This document shows, one piece after another, positions 9,659 to 19,319 of a DNA stretch of 20,000 nucleotides. Every line of letters begins with the position of its first letter. Positions within the stretch are counted from its first letter, which is position 1. The notes below the pieces were generated by a model. It searched no databases. It was given only the letters and a program-made list of their open reading frames with translations, and had not been told where the DNA came from. This DNA is from Mesotaenium endlicherianum (taxonomy: Eukaryota): the NCBI GenBank assembly GCA_009602735.1, contig WELA01001210.1:58978-78977 (forward strand), read 5' to 3'. The translations under genes were made by a program, and so were the position numbers.

Positions 9659-12600
9659 GTACATGCAGGCCCTGTTCACACTGGGGCTCTTCACCCCCTC
9701 CACTTCTGTTCCCACATCGCCTTTACTTGCTCCTAATGTTTCTGTGTTCTCTCGTGGCCTTTGACCTCCCCTGGTTCTGTTCACACTGTGAGCTTTGACT
9801 TCATTTCTGCCCATAATCTAGACCCCTCTCCAAGTCTGTTGACTCGGTGACCTTTGACCCCCTCCTGGCCTTTTTACACGTGTCTTTTGACTTCCTCCTC
9901 TTCGCACCGGGCATTCGACTCCCTGCTGCTCAGTCCACAGACGACCCTTGACTTCCTCCTCTTCGGTTCACATGCGAGCCTGCTCTTGCTTGAGAGCCTG
10001 TGCCTAGCTTTTTTTGGGCGCCACTTGGCACCTAGTGTTCTTTTCTTGCTTTTCAGCTGTCCAGCTGTTCAGCTGTTGCGCAGAGATTCTCAGGGATCCA
10101 ATATTCTTCTATTCACATGCTTCCATTCTCCTTTGTATTCTCTCTGAGTCAGCAGGGTGCTGCTGAGGCCTCTGTCGTTGGACTCCTCGAAAAATAGCCG
10201 AAGCTCTCTTTCAAGAAGAGAGTGCGTGCGTGCGTGTGTGCATGCGTGCGTGCGTGCATGCATTTGTGTGTGCATGTATTCGTGCATGTGTGCGTGAGCG
10301 TGTCAAGCTGTGAATGTGTGTGTGCGTGCGCCTGTTGCGCGTTCGTGTGCCTGTGGGTCTGTGTGTATGTGTGCGCAAGCGTGTGTTCGTGCGTGTGTCC
10401 ATGTGCCTGTGCGTGCGCGCATGTGTATGTGTATGTGCGCACACGTATATGTGTGTGTGTCTGTATGTGTCCATGCCCCTCACATGCGCGCGTACGTGCG
10501 AGCGCACGCGTGCAGATCCTAGGGAGGAAGGTGGTGTTCTGGTACAGCCCCAAGGAGCAGAAGTGGAGCTGCGTGGACGACCGCTGCCCCCACCGGCTGG
10601 CGCCGCTCTCGGAGGGCCGCGTGGACCCCGCCAGCAGCACCCTGCAGTGCAGCTACCACGCCTGGAGCTTTCGCAGCGATGGCTCCTGTGCCAGCATCCC
10701 GCAGCTTGCCGATGCTGCCTCCGCGCTCGGTGGGTGCTCTCTCCCTATCCCCCCCTCTCCCTCTCTCTGCCCCCCTTGCCGTTCTGCTCGCCCAATCCCA
10801 ATACTCAACCTGATTTTCATCCAAGCCTTATCCCGAGCCTGATTAAGGCTTCGATACCGAGCCTGATCACGAACTGTGAACGTCTGTTTTGCGATGTCCC
10901 GTAGGGACGTACTTTTCCATCCTCGATCTAGACAGGTCACTAGGCGCTTCATTAGTCCCGGAAGGAAGAAAGTGTGTGACTTTCTCTGCCACCTGCAACC
11001 TGGTTTTTTCGAGTAGTTCTGACTTGGGAACATCAAAGGATTTTAAACCTATGTAGAGTGGAGCAGTCATTAATACTTTTTTTTTCTGTTTTATAGGATT
11101 TGGCCGAAAGAGGCCAACAGGGGGAGCAGAACAAAACGGAGGCCCCCCCGCCCAATGCGGCCCTCCAGGACCTCTGAATTTTTTTTTGTTGGGGGGCACG
11201 GGAGGGGGGCGGGGCTCCCCCGAAAGTATGTTTCTTTTTCCCCTTTGGGCCGGCATAAGGCAGAGGTGCCGGAGGGCCCGAAGGAGCACAGGGTGGGGGG
11301 TGTCGGGGAAATAGACATTTATTTGCGAGGGGGAGTAGAGAAGTGGGGTGAAAGTGATCAAACATATAATACCAGGCTCTGGCAAAGCCATGCTTTGCCA
11401 GAGTATCACTCAACACATGCTTAGTTTTCTAGAAATCTACTATCTGTCTACCTCTCCAAACACAATATCTTGAGTACCTATAATAGTCACTACGTCTGCC
11501 AACATATGATGTTTAGACATAAAATCAAGCCCCTGTGAATGCGCAAAGCCAGGAGCTCGAATTATGCAACGATAAGGACGATTAGTACCACTACTTACCA
11601 GACATACACCAAATTCTCCTATAGGTGCTTCTACAGCAGTATATGTAGAAGAAGCAGGTACAGATACGCCTTCTGTGTATGATTTAAATAGAGCGACAAA
11701 AATGCACAGAAACGGTGTTTGTGTTGCAGGAATGACACATTCCATCCAGTCTGAGACGAGCCTGATTACGGTCCCGAGCTTGATCGCAAGCCTGAGTGTG
11801 GCTATGATACCGAACCTGATCCCGCTCTTGAGTCTTGATCCCGACCCTGATCCCGACCCTAGCTTAAATCCAGGCCTGGCCTCATCGTGTGTCACGATCC
11901 CGACCTTGATCTGCTGGCGTCGTTCCCCTACCAGACCCCGTTTTCTGATCCCGAACCTGATCCTGATCTCAGGGGACCTCTCCTCCCCTCAATCATGCCC
12001 GCACGTCGCAATTTGAGGTTCAAAGTTCTGTTTCTTTATTTCTTTTTTTCCCCTTGCGTATGGTGTGGCTTCACCCGTTCTTTACGGCCCCACCCTCGCA
12101 GCTCTGAGCGTGCAAGCTGTGGGGAAGTGCGGTGCGATGGCGCGGCGCACTAGTTGCGCGGGGGTGAGGTGTGCGTCTCATCTGGGAGGGGGAGGGGGAG
12201 GGGGAGAGAGGAGCACAGCACGGCCCAGTGCAAAACAGCACAGAGGGGAGCAGAGAGAAACACACGCACAGAGATTACAAAGGGAGGGGCGGATAGGTCG
12301 GATTAGGGGAGGAGAGAGGTGTAGACTTGAGGAGGGGAGAGGCAGATTCCCCAGTCGGACCTTTTGTGTGATGAACATGCCCTTGCTGGTTCGAATTTCG
12401 CTGAGAGCGCCCTGCCCCGACGCCAAATCCGTGACCAGNAGAAGTGGAGGAGCTGCTAAGAAGATTCGCATGTGTTCACGCAAAACTATATAATATAACA
12501 TATATATGTGTCTGTGCGTACTAGATATACATAGATATATATATACATATATATATTTATATATATACATATACGTGCGTACATCTGCATAAGATGCTCA

Positions 12601-15600
12601 TGTACGCGTATTCGAAGATGTTCGTATATGTGTACTACAAACATGTACATGCAACACATGCGTTCAACGAGATGCCCATATACATTGCACGTATGCAACG
12701 CACTAAGATTCTCCCTCTGTTCTCCATGTGGCAGAATTTGATGCTCTCCAGGGAGAGTCAGTGTGTTGCATCATTGGGTTGTCGTGTTGCGCCCGTCGAT
12801 GTCGTCGTGTGGGTGGGGGCAAAGAGGAGGATTGGATCGTCCTCGCCACGCGAGGCTCCTATTCTGGCTATTGACTCTTGGGCATGCCGAGCGAGGGCAG
12901 CAGGCAGGGCAGGGGGAGGGGAGGATAGAGCAGGAGAAGGGGAGGGGAGGGCAAGGTAGGGGGAGGGGAGGCAGGGGAGGGGGAGGGCCAGGCGTGCAGG
13001 TGCGCGCGCGCCTTATTGCTTGCAGGCGACAGAGGGAGCTGCAGCGATGCTTCCCTGCATGAGCTCGAAAGCAAAATGGGGTCACCGTTCCTTGTGCCGT
13101 TGGCCGGCCCTTCCTCGCCCTAGTCACTTCATATCCTGCAGGCACCAGGAGGAGCTGTGCTGATGCCTTGCGCTTATGTCCCACTTTGTGATCGATATCA
13201 TCTCACCTTCATGTTGCGCTGTCCCTTCCTTAATACACTTCCTCACTGTGAGGTGCCTTTCCAATTTCTTTGTTTTCCCTCCCTTTTCTACTATTTCCTT
13301 ATATTCTCTTTGTTTACTCATCTGGGGGCGGGCAGGCAACAAGAGGAGCTGTGCGACTGTGCTGCCGGTGCAGGTGGCGCAGGGCATGCTCTTTGTGTGG
13401 GCTGATCCCGCCACCCCCGACCTCGCGCAGTCCTCCCCACTGCCCATCACTCCTGGTAAGAATGAGTGCACGCCAGTTCTCGACCCCCTCTCCCCCTTCT
13501 CCCCTCCCCCCTCACGCCCCCTACCCTTCACCTCTCCTGTGCACCCACTTTCACCCGGGACAGGTGGGTGTGTGCATGCAATCTGCTGCTGCAAGCTCCC
13601 AGGAGGGGCTGCGACAGCTCAGCAGTGGGTGCCAGCTCAGCAGGTGTGAAGTTTGTCTGCCAAAGAAGCGTTCTCGCTGCGAATTCGACAGAGAGAACTT
13701 TCCCGGGGCTCTGGAGTGATGCGTAGTCCCTTTCAAGGGCCCGACCTTGGCGTACTCTCTTTTTCCAACACACAACACACATACATACACGCACACGCAC
13801 ACGCACACGTATAGACACACGGCAATGTGGCGAACTAAGGGGGCATGTTCTCTCCCCCCCNNNCCCCGGGCCCCCTTTCCACCCCCTTACTCTCGGATTA
13901 GCAAAGCATAGCAAATTAATCTGATGGAATGAGTTAACAATATATATGAAAGCTCCGGGGAGCAAAGCCGAGTTTTGGGCCATTGCCGCCAGCCCGCCGA
14001 AATGCGCGAGTAGCAGCAACAGGTGGCAGCCAGAGACCCTGGCCAGGCGCTTGCCTGCAGGCAACGGCGTGCGCACGCCCGAGCACGCGCTGCATGTGTC
14101 CTCAAGCGGATGCGCGTGCATGCCTGTGGGTCTGTGTCTGTGTCTGGTTGTGCTCGTGCTTGCGGGTGCTTGGGCCCATATCTGTGCCTGCGCACGTAAG
14201 CCCATGCTCATGCTCATGCTCATCCCTGTTCATGCTGATGCTCATGCTGATGGTCTTCTCTTCTGTGAGTGCGCGTCCGTGTGCTGCGTGTGCTTTAGCT
14301 CGCGCTCGTGCTCATGCTTGTGCCGCTTGCATGTGTTTGCGCGTGGCATGTGCTGCGAGCATGCATGTGCTGCGAGCGCGCGTGCCCATGCTCCCCCTTG
14401 TGCATGCACATGCATGTGCTGGATGCTCCCTGCCCTCATCTGCTCATCTGCGCACTCTCGTGCTCGCGCTCGTGCTCACTTGATCACGCTCACGCTCACA
14501 CTCGCTTGCCCTCGCTCGCTCGCTATCTCTCACTTGCTCATGCTCCCGTTTTCCCGCTCACCTTGCTCATCATGTTCACGTCCCCGCTCCCGCTCCCGCT
14601 CCCTTGCTCCCTGCTCCTGCTCCCCCTCCTGCTCCCAACCTGCTCCCGCTCCTGCTCCGGCTCCCGCTCCCGCTCGCGCGCCCGCTCGCGGCAGGCATGG
14701 ATGACGCGGGGTGGGCGTCGGTGGGCACCTTCCGCGACCTCGAGTACGGGTGGGACACCGGCCTAGAGAACCTGGTGGACCCCGCACACGTCTGCGTCGC
14801 GCACAGCAACGTGAACGGGGGCCTGATGGGCACGCGCGCCGACGCGCGCCCGCTCGCGCTGGCGCTCGTGCGGCAGGGTTCCCGCGGTTTTGAGGGGCAG
14901 ATGGCGAAGGCGGGCGGCGCGGCGCCCACACGGCACGTGTTTGACGCGCCCGCGCGGTTTACGTATGACTTCGAGGCGCGCTTCCAGGCGGGCGCGCGCG
15001 GGATGGTCACCACCTACTGCACTCCCCTGGGTGGGTCTTTGGGCTGAAGAGAGAGAGAGAGAGAGGGAGGGAGAGACGGAGGGAGGGAGTGAGGGAGGGA
15101 GTGCGGGAGAGTGCGCGGGAGTGACGCTCCGTTCCTCTGCCTGCCCCGCTCCCTTTTACCGGTGCATGCGCCTATGCCTGTAGCTTTCTGCGTCTGTCTG
15201 CGTCGTCCCGCTTTGTATGTACGCACTCAGGGGCGCTGTGACCTCCTGCTCTAGTCTGGGCCACGTGAGAAAGAAAGTGCCAGGACTGACTTTCTCTCTC
15301 TCCCTCTCCCTTCCCCTCGCCCTTGTCTCGCCCTCTCCTTTCTTATGTGTATGTGTTCCTGTGTCTCGCCCTCTCCTTTTTTATGTGTCTGTGTCCCTGT
15401 GTCTGCCTGTGTCGTTAGTTTCCCTTGCAGACACACTCGTGGGCACGCCGCCTGCTGCACTCTCCTAATTAGGCGGATGACAGTTTTCCCTTCCTCGCCA
15501 CCGCCCTCTTTCTGTCTCTTCCCGTGTCCATGTTTGTCCTTGGCTTTGCACTCCCCACTGCTGTGAATCAAGTCTCTATTTTCTGCTACTCTCACTCACT

Positions 15601-17787
15601 CTCTCTCTTTCCCTGTGTATCCCTCTCTGCTACACGCACACACACACACGTACCGCTCCCTGCACCTCCCTCCGGTGAGCCATGCTCTCTTTCTCGGTCT
15701 GTATGCTCGTGCTCGTGCGTGCGTGCTCGTGTTTTTGTGTTGTCTGGTTGTCTCTTTTCTTCACACATCTGCATGCCACTCAAAAGCACCTCCCTGAGTG
15801 ACCCCCTCTTGTCTTTCTTCACCTCTCTTTCTTCACACGCTCTTCATCAAATCCCGCTTCTGCTGAGCACGTTCTGGCCATTCTCAGCTCGCAGCGCGCA
15901 GCGCGCAGCGCGGCCGACTGGAGAGTCGAACTCAACCCAGACCCCAGATCCCAGGCTTGAAACTTGGACCTTAGACCTGAAACTTCAACCCTGTGAAGAA
16001 ATCTTGGAGAGCTGGGCGGCAGCCTCTGGCGCCCCGCCACTTGGCTGCCCGCCACTGGCATGCATCCCCACCAGATGAGCCTTCTTGTGGTACACCCACT
16101 TCACTGGATAGGGTTCTCGATAGCGAGTGCCCCATTGCCAGGCTCCAGCCTCCCCCTGTGGGCTGCCTCTCTCTCCCCTGGCTGATAGCTTTTGTGCTTA
16201 CGTCGTTTTGCTCTGTGCTTGTGTGCGTGCGTGCGTGCGTGTCTCTGCGTGTGTGCGTTCTGCGTGTGTGCGTGTGTGTGTGTGTATGTGTTCGTGCTTG
16301 CTGTTGGTGTGCCTGCGTGTGCATGTGTGCATATGTGTGCGGGGGATTTTGGGCATCTGCAATCCTGCTGTTCGGTCTTTGATGTTTGGACGTGGGGTTT
16401 GAGTCTGGGGATTCGGGGGCGGGCTGGGGATCGGGCCCCTCCTCTGTTGTGGGCACCTGGCACCTCCTGGGGGGCGCAGCTCCCGGCAGGTGCCGCATCA
16501 ACGTGGTGAACGCGCGCAACTTCATGCTGCAGCTCTCCAGCGGGCCCAACTGGTGGCAGCTGATGCCGCGCTGGTACGACCACCAGCTCATGCTCAACCT
16601 GCTGGACGGCGACGCCTCGCTTCTGCACCGCCAGGTGTCGCTCTCTCCCCCCACTGAATGCAAACACATACCCTGCCCTGTCCCACCTCCCCCCCCCTCC
16701 CCTCCCCCCTTTACTCCCTCCGTCTCTCCAAGTTGCAATCTTCTTCCCTGTATCTCCATTCCCCCACCTTTTCCTCTCCCCTCCCTCCCTCTCCATTTCT
16801 TCCTCACCTCCCTTTCTCCTCCCTCTTCCTCTACCTCTCCCCCACTCCTTTCCCTCTCCTACTCCCCTTCTTCCTCTCTCCATTCCTCATCTGCATTCTT
16901 CTCTTCATCTCCCTTCCTCTTCCTCGCTCTGCCCTCTGCCTGTGCTAAACAAGCGCTGCGGGGGGTCGGCCGAGTGCGCAGGAGAGGGAGCTGGCGCAGG
17001 CAGCCGGGGGGGAGGCCTCCGGCAAGTCGGGCCAGCAGGCGCAGTTCATGCCAGCTGGCTCTGACACGTACGTGATCGCTTTCCGCAAGTGGCTGTCGCG
17101 CTTTGGCGGCGGCCGCCCGGAGTGGGCTCCTGGCATTGATCCTGCACTGCCGCCCCTCATCACCGACCGCACCAAGCTGCTCGACCGCTATCACTCGGTG
17201 AGCTATCCCGCTTGCGCCACGCGTTGTTGCACGAGAGGAGGGCACGCAGGCGCGCTGATCACGCAGAATCTTGTGCTGGGCTGTGCTGCGCGCTCGCACA
17301 CACATGTGTGTGTGTGTGTGTGTGTGTGTTTGTGATGTGTGTGTGCGTTTGTGTGCGTGTGCCTTCTGTGTCTGTGCTCTGTGTGTGTGCGCGCCCGTGC
17401 ACGCATCTGCATGCACAAGCTGCGCGAGAGGGCGGCATTTGCCATATACAGCCTGGCTCTGTCCCCGAACTTACTGTGTGCCAAACACCTACTTGGCCGT
17501 CCCTGTGTCTTTGCGTGTGCGTGCATGGGCGCGCGTGTCTGTTGAATGAGCAGCACACGAAGCAGTGCACGGCGTGCAGCGCGGCGCATGCCAACTTCCA
17601 GAAGGCGCAGGGGGCGCTGTACGCGTCGGCCGCCGCTCTGGTGGGGCTGGGGGCCGTGTGCGAGCCCGCCTGGGAGCGCATCACTCTGGTGATGATGGCG
17701 TCCATTGCCGCCACGCTGGGCTGGAAGCTCACAGAATGGATCCAGATGTTCGAGTACAAGGGCTGGGACCATGCGCGCAACCCCTGA
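9164..17787 (+). CDS. PAO: Pheophorbide a oxygenase-like Rieske/mononuclear-iron oxygenase (PAO/PTC52/TIC55 family), 7 exons, 589 aa: join(9164-9658,10516-10729,13336-13455,14695-15030,16480-16634,16982-17197,17554-17787)
   Basis: All introns are GT-AG with matching phases (0,1,1,1,0,0); the CDS totals 1770 nt. Motifs: Ser/Ala-rich transit-like N-terminus, WAQNWYPV, Rieske CPH...CSYH, iron site [24 protein letters not shown]...LDGD, CTAC (CxxC), and C-terminal hydrophobic helices. Exact orthology is untested. Confidence 0.88.
10220..10512. repeat. Degenerate (GT)n/(GCGT)n tract ending at the exon 2 acceptor
   Basis: Read directly from the sequence. Confidence 0.95.
10516..10729 (+). CDS. PAO: PAO-like exon 2 (Rieske [2Fe-2S] domain)
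   Basis: tgcag|[18 protein letters not shown]...[10 protein letters not shown]; donor G|gtgggt. Confidence 0.93.
10999..11070 (-). pseudogene. rps10: Probable 5' fragment of mitochondrial ribosomal protein S10
   Basis: [24 protein letters not shown] resembles plant mitochondrial Rps10 N-termini (MTxKIxIVIKSF, from recall) and lies downstream of nad7 on the same strand. Confidence 0.55.
11377..11403. terminator. Perfect 12-bp stem-loop ~36 nt downstream of the nad7 stop; candidate organellar 3'-end structure
   Basis: ctctggcaaagc-cat-gctttgccagag. The structure is seen; the function is inferred. Confidence 0.5.
11440..11688 (-). pseudogene. nad7: 3' fragment of mitochondrial NADH dehydrogenase subunit 7 (last 82 codons plus stop)
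   Basis: [23 protein letters not shown]...[40 protein letters not shown]-rich organellar codon usage, unlike the host exons. Confidence 0.96.
11755..11970. repeat. Degenerate 6/12-bp minisatellite (gatcccgaccct-like); a matching tract lies at ~10795-10871
   Basis: Recurrent gatcccga/cctgat units. Confidence 0.75.
12487..12580. repeat. (TA)n-rich microsatellite
   Basis: Read directly from the sequence. Confidence 0.9.
13336..13455 (+). CDS. PAO: PAO-like exon 3
   Basis: gcag|[23 protein letters not shown]; donor G|gtaag. Confidence 0.9.
14205..14690. repeat. Degenerate hexamer tracts (GCTCAT, GCTCGT, GCTCCC) running up to the exon 4 acceptor
   Basis: Read directly from the sequence. Confidence 0.85.
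14695..15030 (+). CDS. PAO: PAO-like exon 4 (mononuclear iron site)
   Basis: [24 protein letters not shown]...YCTPL; donor G|gtgggt. Confidence 0.92.
15324..15404. repeat. 38-bp tandem duplication in intron 4
   Basis: tgtctcgccctctcctttyttatgtgt... at 15324 and 15362. Confidence 0.85.
16480..16634 (+). CDS. PAO: PAO-like exon 5
   Basis: gcag|CT; APGRCR...ARNF...[11 protein letters not shown]...[11 protein letters not shown]; donor CAG|gt. Confidence 0.9.
16982..17197 (+). CDS. PAO: PAO-like exon 6
   Basis: gcag|[24 protein letters not shown]...LLDRYHS; donor |gtgag. Confidence 0.9.
17554..17787 (+). CDS. PAO: PAO-like exon 7 (CxxC and membrane helices)
   Basis: [12 protein letters not shown]...[16 protein letters not shown] at 17785-17787. 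Confidence 0.9.
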   Translation, partial: HTKQCTACSAAHANFQKAQGALYASAAALVGLGAVCEPAWERITLVMMASIAATLGWKLTEWIQMFEYKGWDHARNP

Positions 17788-19043
17788 GGGAGCCGCCGGG
17801 AGTAGGTGCGGATTTTAGACGTTTGGGGTTGAAGGTTTGACTTCAGGGTTTAGAACTTTGGGATCCTCCGTAGGAAGGCACGCACGCGCCGTGTTTTGCT
17901 GTGTCCATGGCTTTTATGTCACGTTTCTTCTCTTGGTGTGTTTTGCTCCTTTTCCGGAAGGCAGTTCCTTTTGGTGGATTTTCATCGATCCCGGTCGGCT
18001 GTCAGTTGGGCGTAGTTCATAGGGGCGTTACTCCCTACCTTCACAGTTTATGCGTCGGATCGCAGCTGAAGGGGTACAAGCAACTGCGGGTGTCGACACG
18101 GCAGCATTCCAGTAGCAGTTGCATGTCTGACCCGCAACTAAGAGTCGTCACGTGTGAGTTGTATATATTTAGTTTGTGTTGCTGCCCCTGGTGGAGGAGC
18201 ACTTATTACGTACCATTTGTAACATATGGAGGGTAGCAAACATTCTGCCTTGTTTCAGGGGGCATCATGCCCCTTGTGGGGCCATCAATCGACCCTGACA
18301 ACTTGGAACAAGTCACAAGTGAGTAGATTGCAGTCGTTCGAGTCATTGAGGCACTGGACCAAAGGACGTGCAAGTGTTCATTTTGTGAATTGGACTGGAA
18401 GGCTTCATTCAGGCCTAATATGTAAATTATATGTAAGGCTCACACATGGAGGTGTGTTTTGTGTACCTTCTTATGTACCTGGGTTTCTGGTGGACATAAT
18501 ACGCGCGAGGCACTTGCTAGAGGTCTCTGAAGGGCCTTGTGACAATGATGTGCGTTTGCGGCCAAGCACCCGGCTTGGGCCTTGTAAGAAAAGCTACGCA
18601 TGGGCCGAATGAATGAGATAGCCTTTGCGATCATTTGTTGCTACGTATAATACATCCTTGCATTTCTCTCCGTTTTTTATCCAAGGTGGTGCGCTTCCAG
18701 GCCGTGGATTCGCAGTTAATCATGCATCCTACTTGGCTTTGTTGTCTCGTACATGTTGTTGGCTATCCCTTTGTCTTACAATACACAGGTCAACTAAGCC
18801 TAGCCCTAATGTAGCGTAGTCTAGTGAAGGCTAGGTACCATGTTGAATCTTCAGTGCAGATAATATCAGAATCCGTCTTCTGTTCCGGAAGCATATAAAA
18901 CTGGCGATGAAATACGCTCTTCAAATATGGACCGAGACTGCGTGTATAAACAGTAAGTAGGTTCCTGAGAGTTTAGTCAAGTATCTAGTCTACAAACTCA
19001 TCAGTGAATAAGTACTCTACTTGGGAACGAGGACGAGCCTGCT

Positions 19044-19232
19044 CTAAGAGGAGGACGAACTGGCCTTGGAAAGCAGGATCATGCTGATGACAACTGGCGC
19101 CACGATGATGGACAGAGCTAGAGGGAGGTTGGGCGTGGTGGGCACAGAGGGGACCACAAGGCTGCCATATTTGATGGCCACTGCACCCGCTGTGCAAGCA
19201 GCGAAGAGCTTTGCCAAATATGTGACATCCTC
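19044..19232 (-). CDS. Terminal coding exon of a small two-helix membrane protein of unknown function, probably plastid-localised; convergent with the PAO-like gene
   Basis: tgcag|GAG acceptor; EDVTYLAKLFAACTAGAVAIKYGSLVVP...PNLPLALSIIVAPVVISMILLSK...*. The IKYG motif resembles, from recall, an uncharacterised plant/cyanobacterial family. Confidence 0.75.
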   Translation of the reverse strand, partial: EDVTYLAKLFAACTAGAVAIKYGSLVVPSVPTTPNLPLALSIIVAPVVISMILLSKASSSSS

Positions 19233-19256
19233 CTGCATGCAGAGAATATGTATATG

Positions 19257-19257
19257 A

Positions 19258-19319
<62 letters not shown>
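19257..19319. repeat. (GT)n(GA)n compound microsatellite adjoining an N gap (19320-19537)
   Basis: Read directly from the sequence. Confidence 0.97.

Larger units (their letters stand above)
10872..11750 (-). other. Nuclear insertion of mitochondrial DNA (NUMT) in PAO intron 2; boundaries approximate
   Basis: Contains the nad7 3' end, a spacer with homopolymers and small GC hairpins, and an rps10-like start. Both flanks carry the same degenerate gatcccgagcct-type repeat. Confidence 0.8.

Noticed and set aside
11440..11895. 151-aa ORF as a functional nuclear nad7 or fusion gene
   Set aside because: The N-terminal part is translated minisatellite. Only the last ~82 codons are nad7, with substitutions at conserved residues.
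12895..12990. G-rich tract as a functional G-quadruplex
   Set aside because: Similar purine tracts occur throughout these introns, and nothing singles this one out.
10090..17560. Many Cys/Val, His/Thr and Pro/Gly-rich ORFs on both strands
   Set aside because: They are translations of intronic microsatellites, or shadow frames of GC-rich exons.
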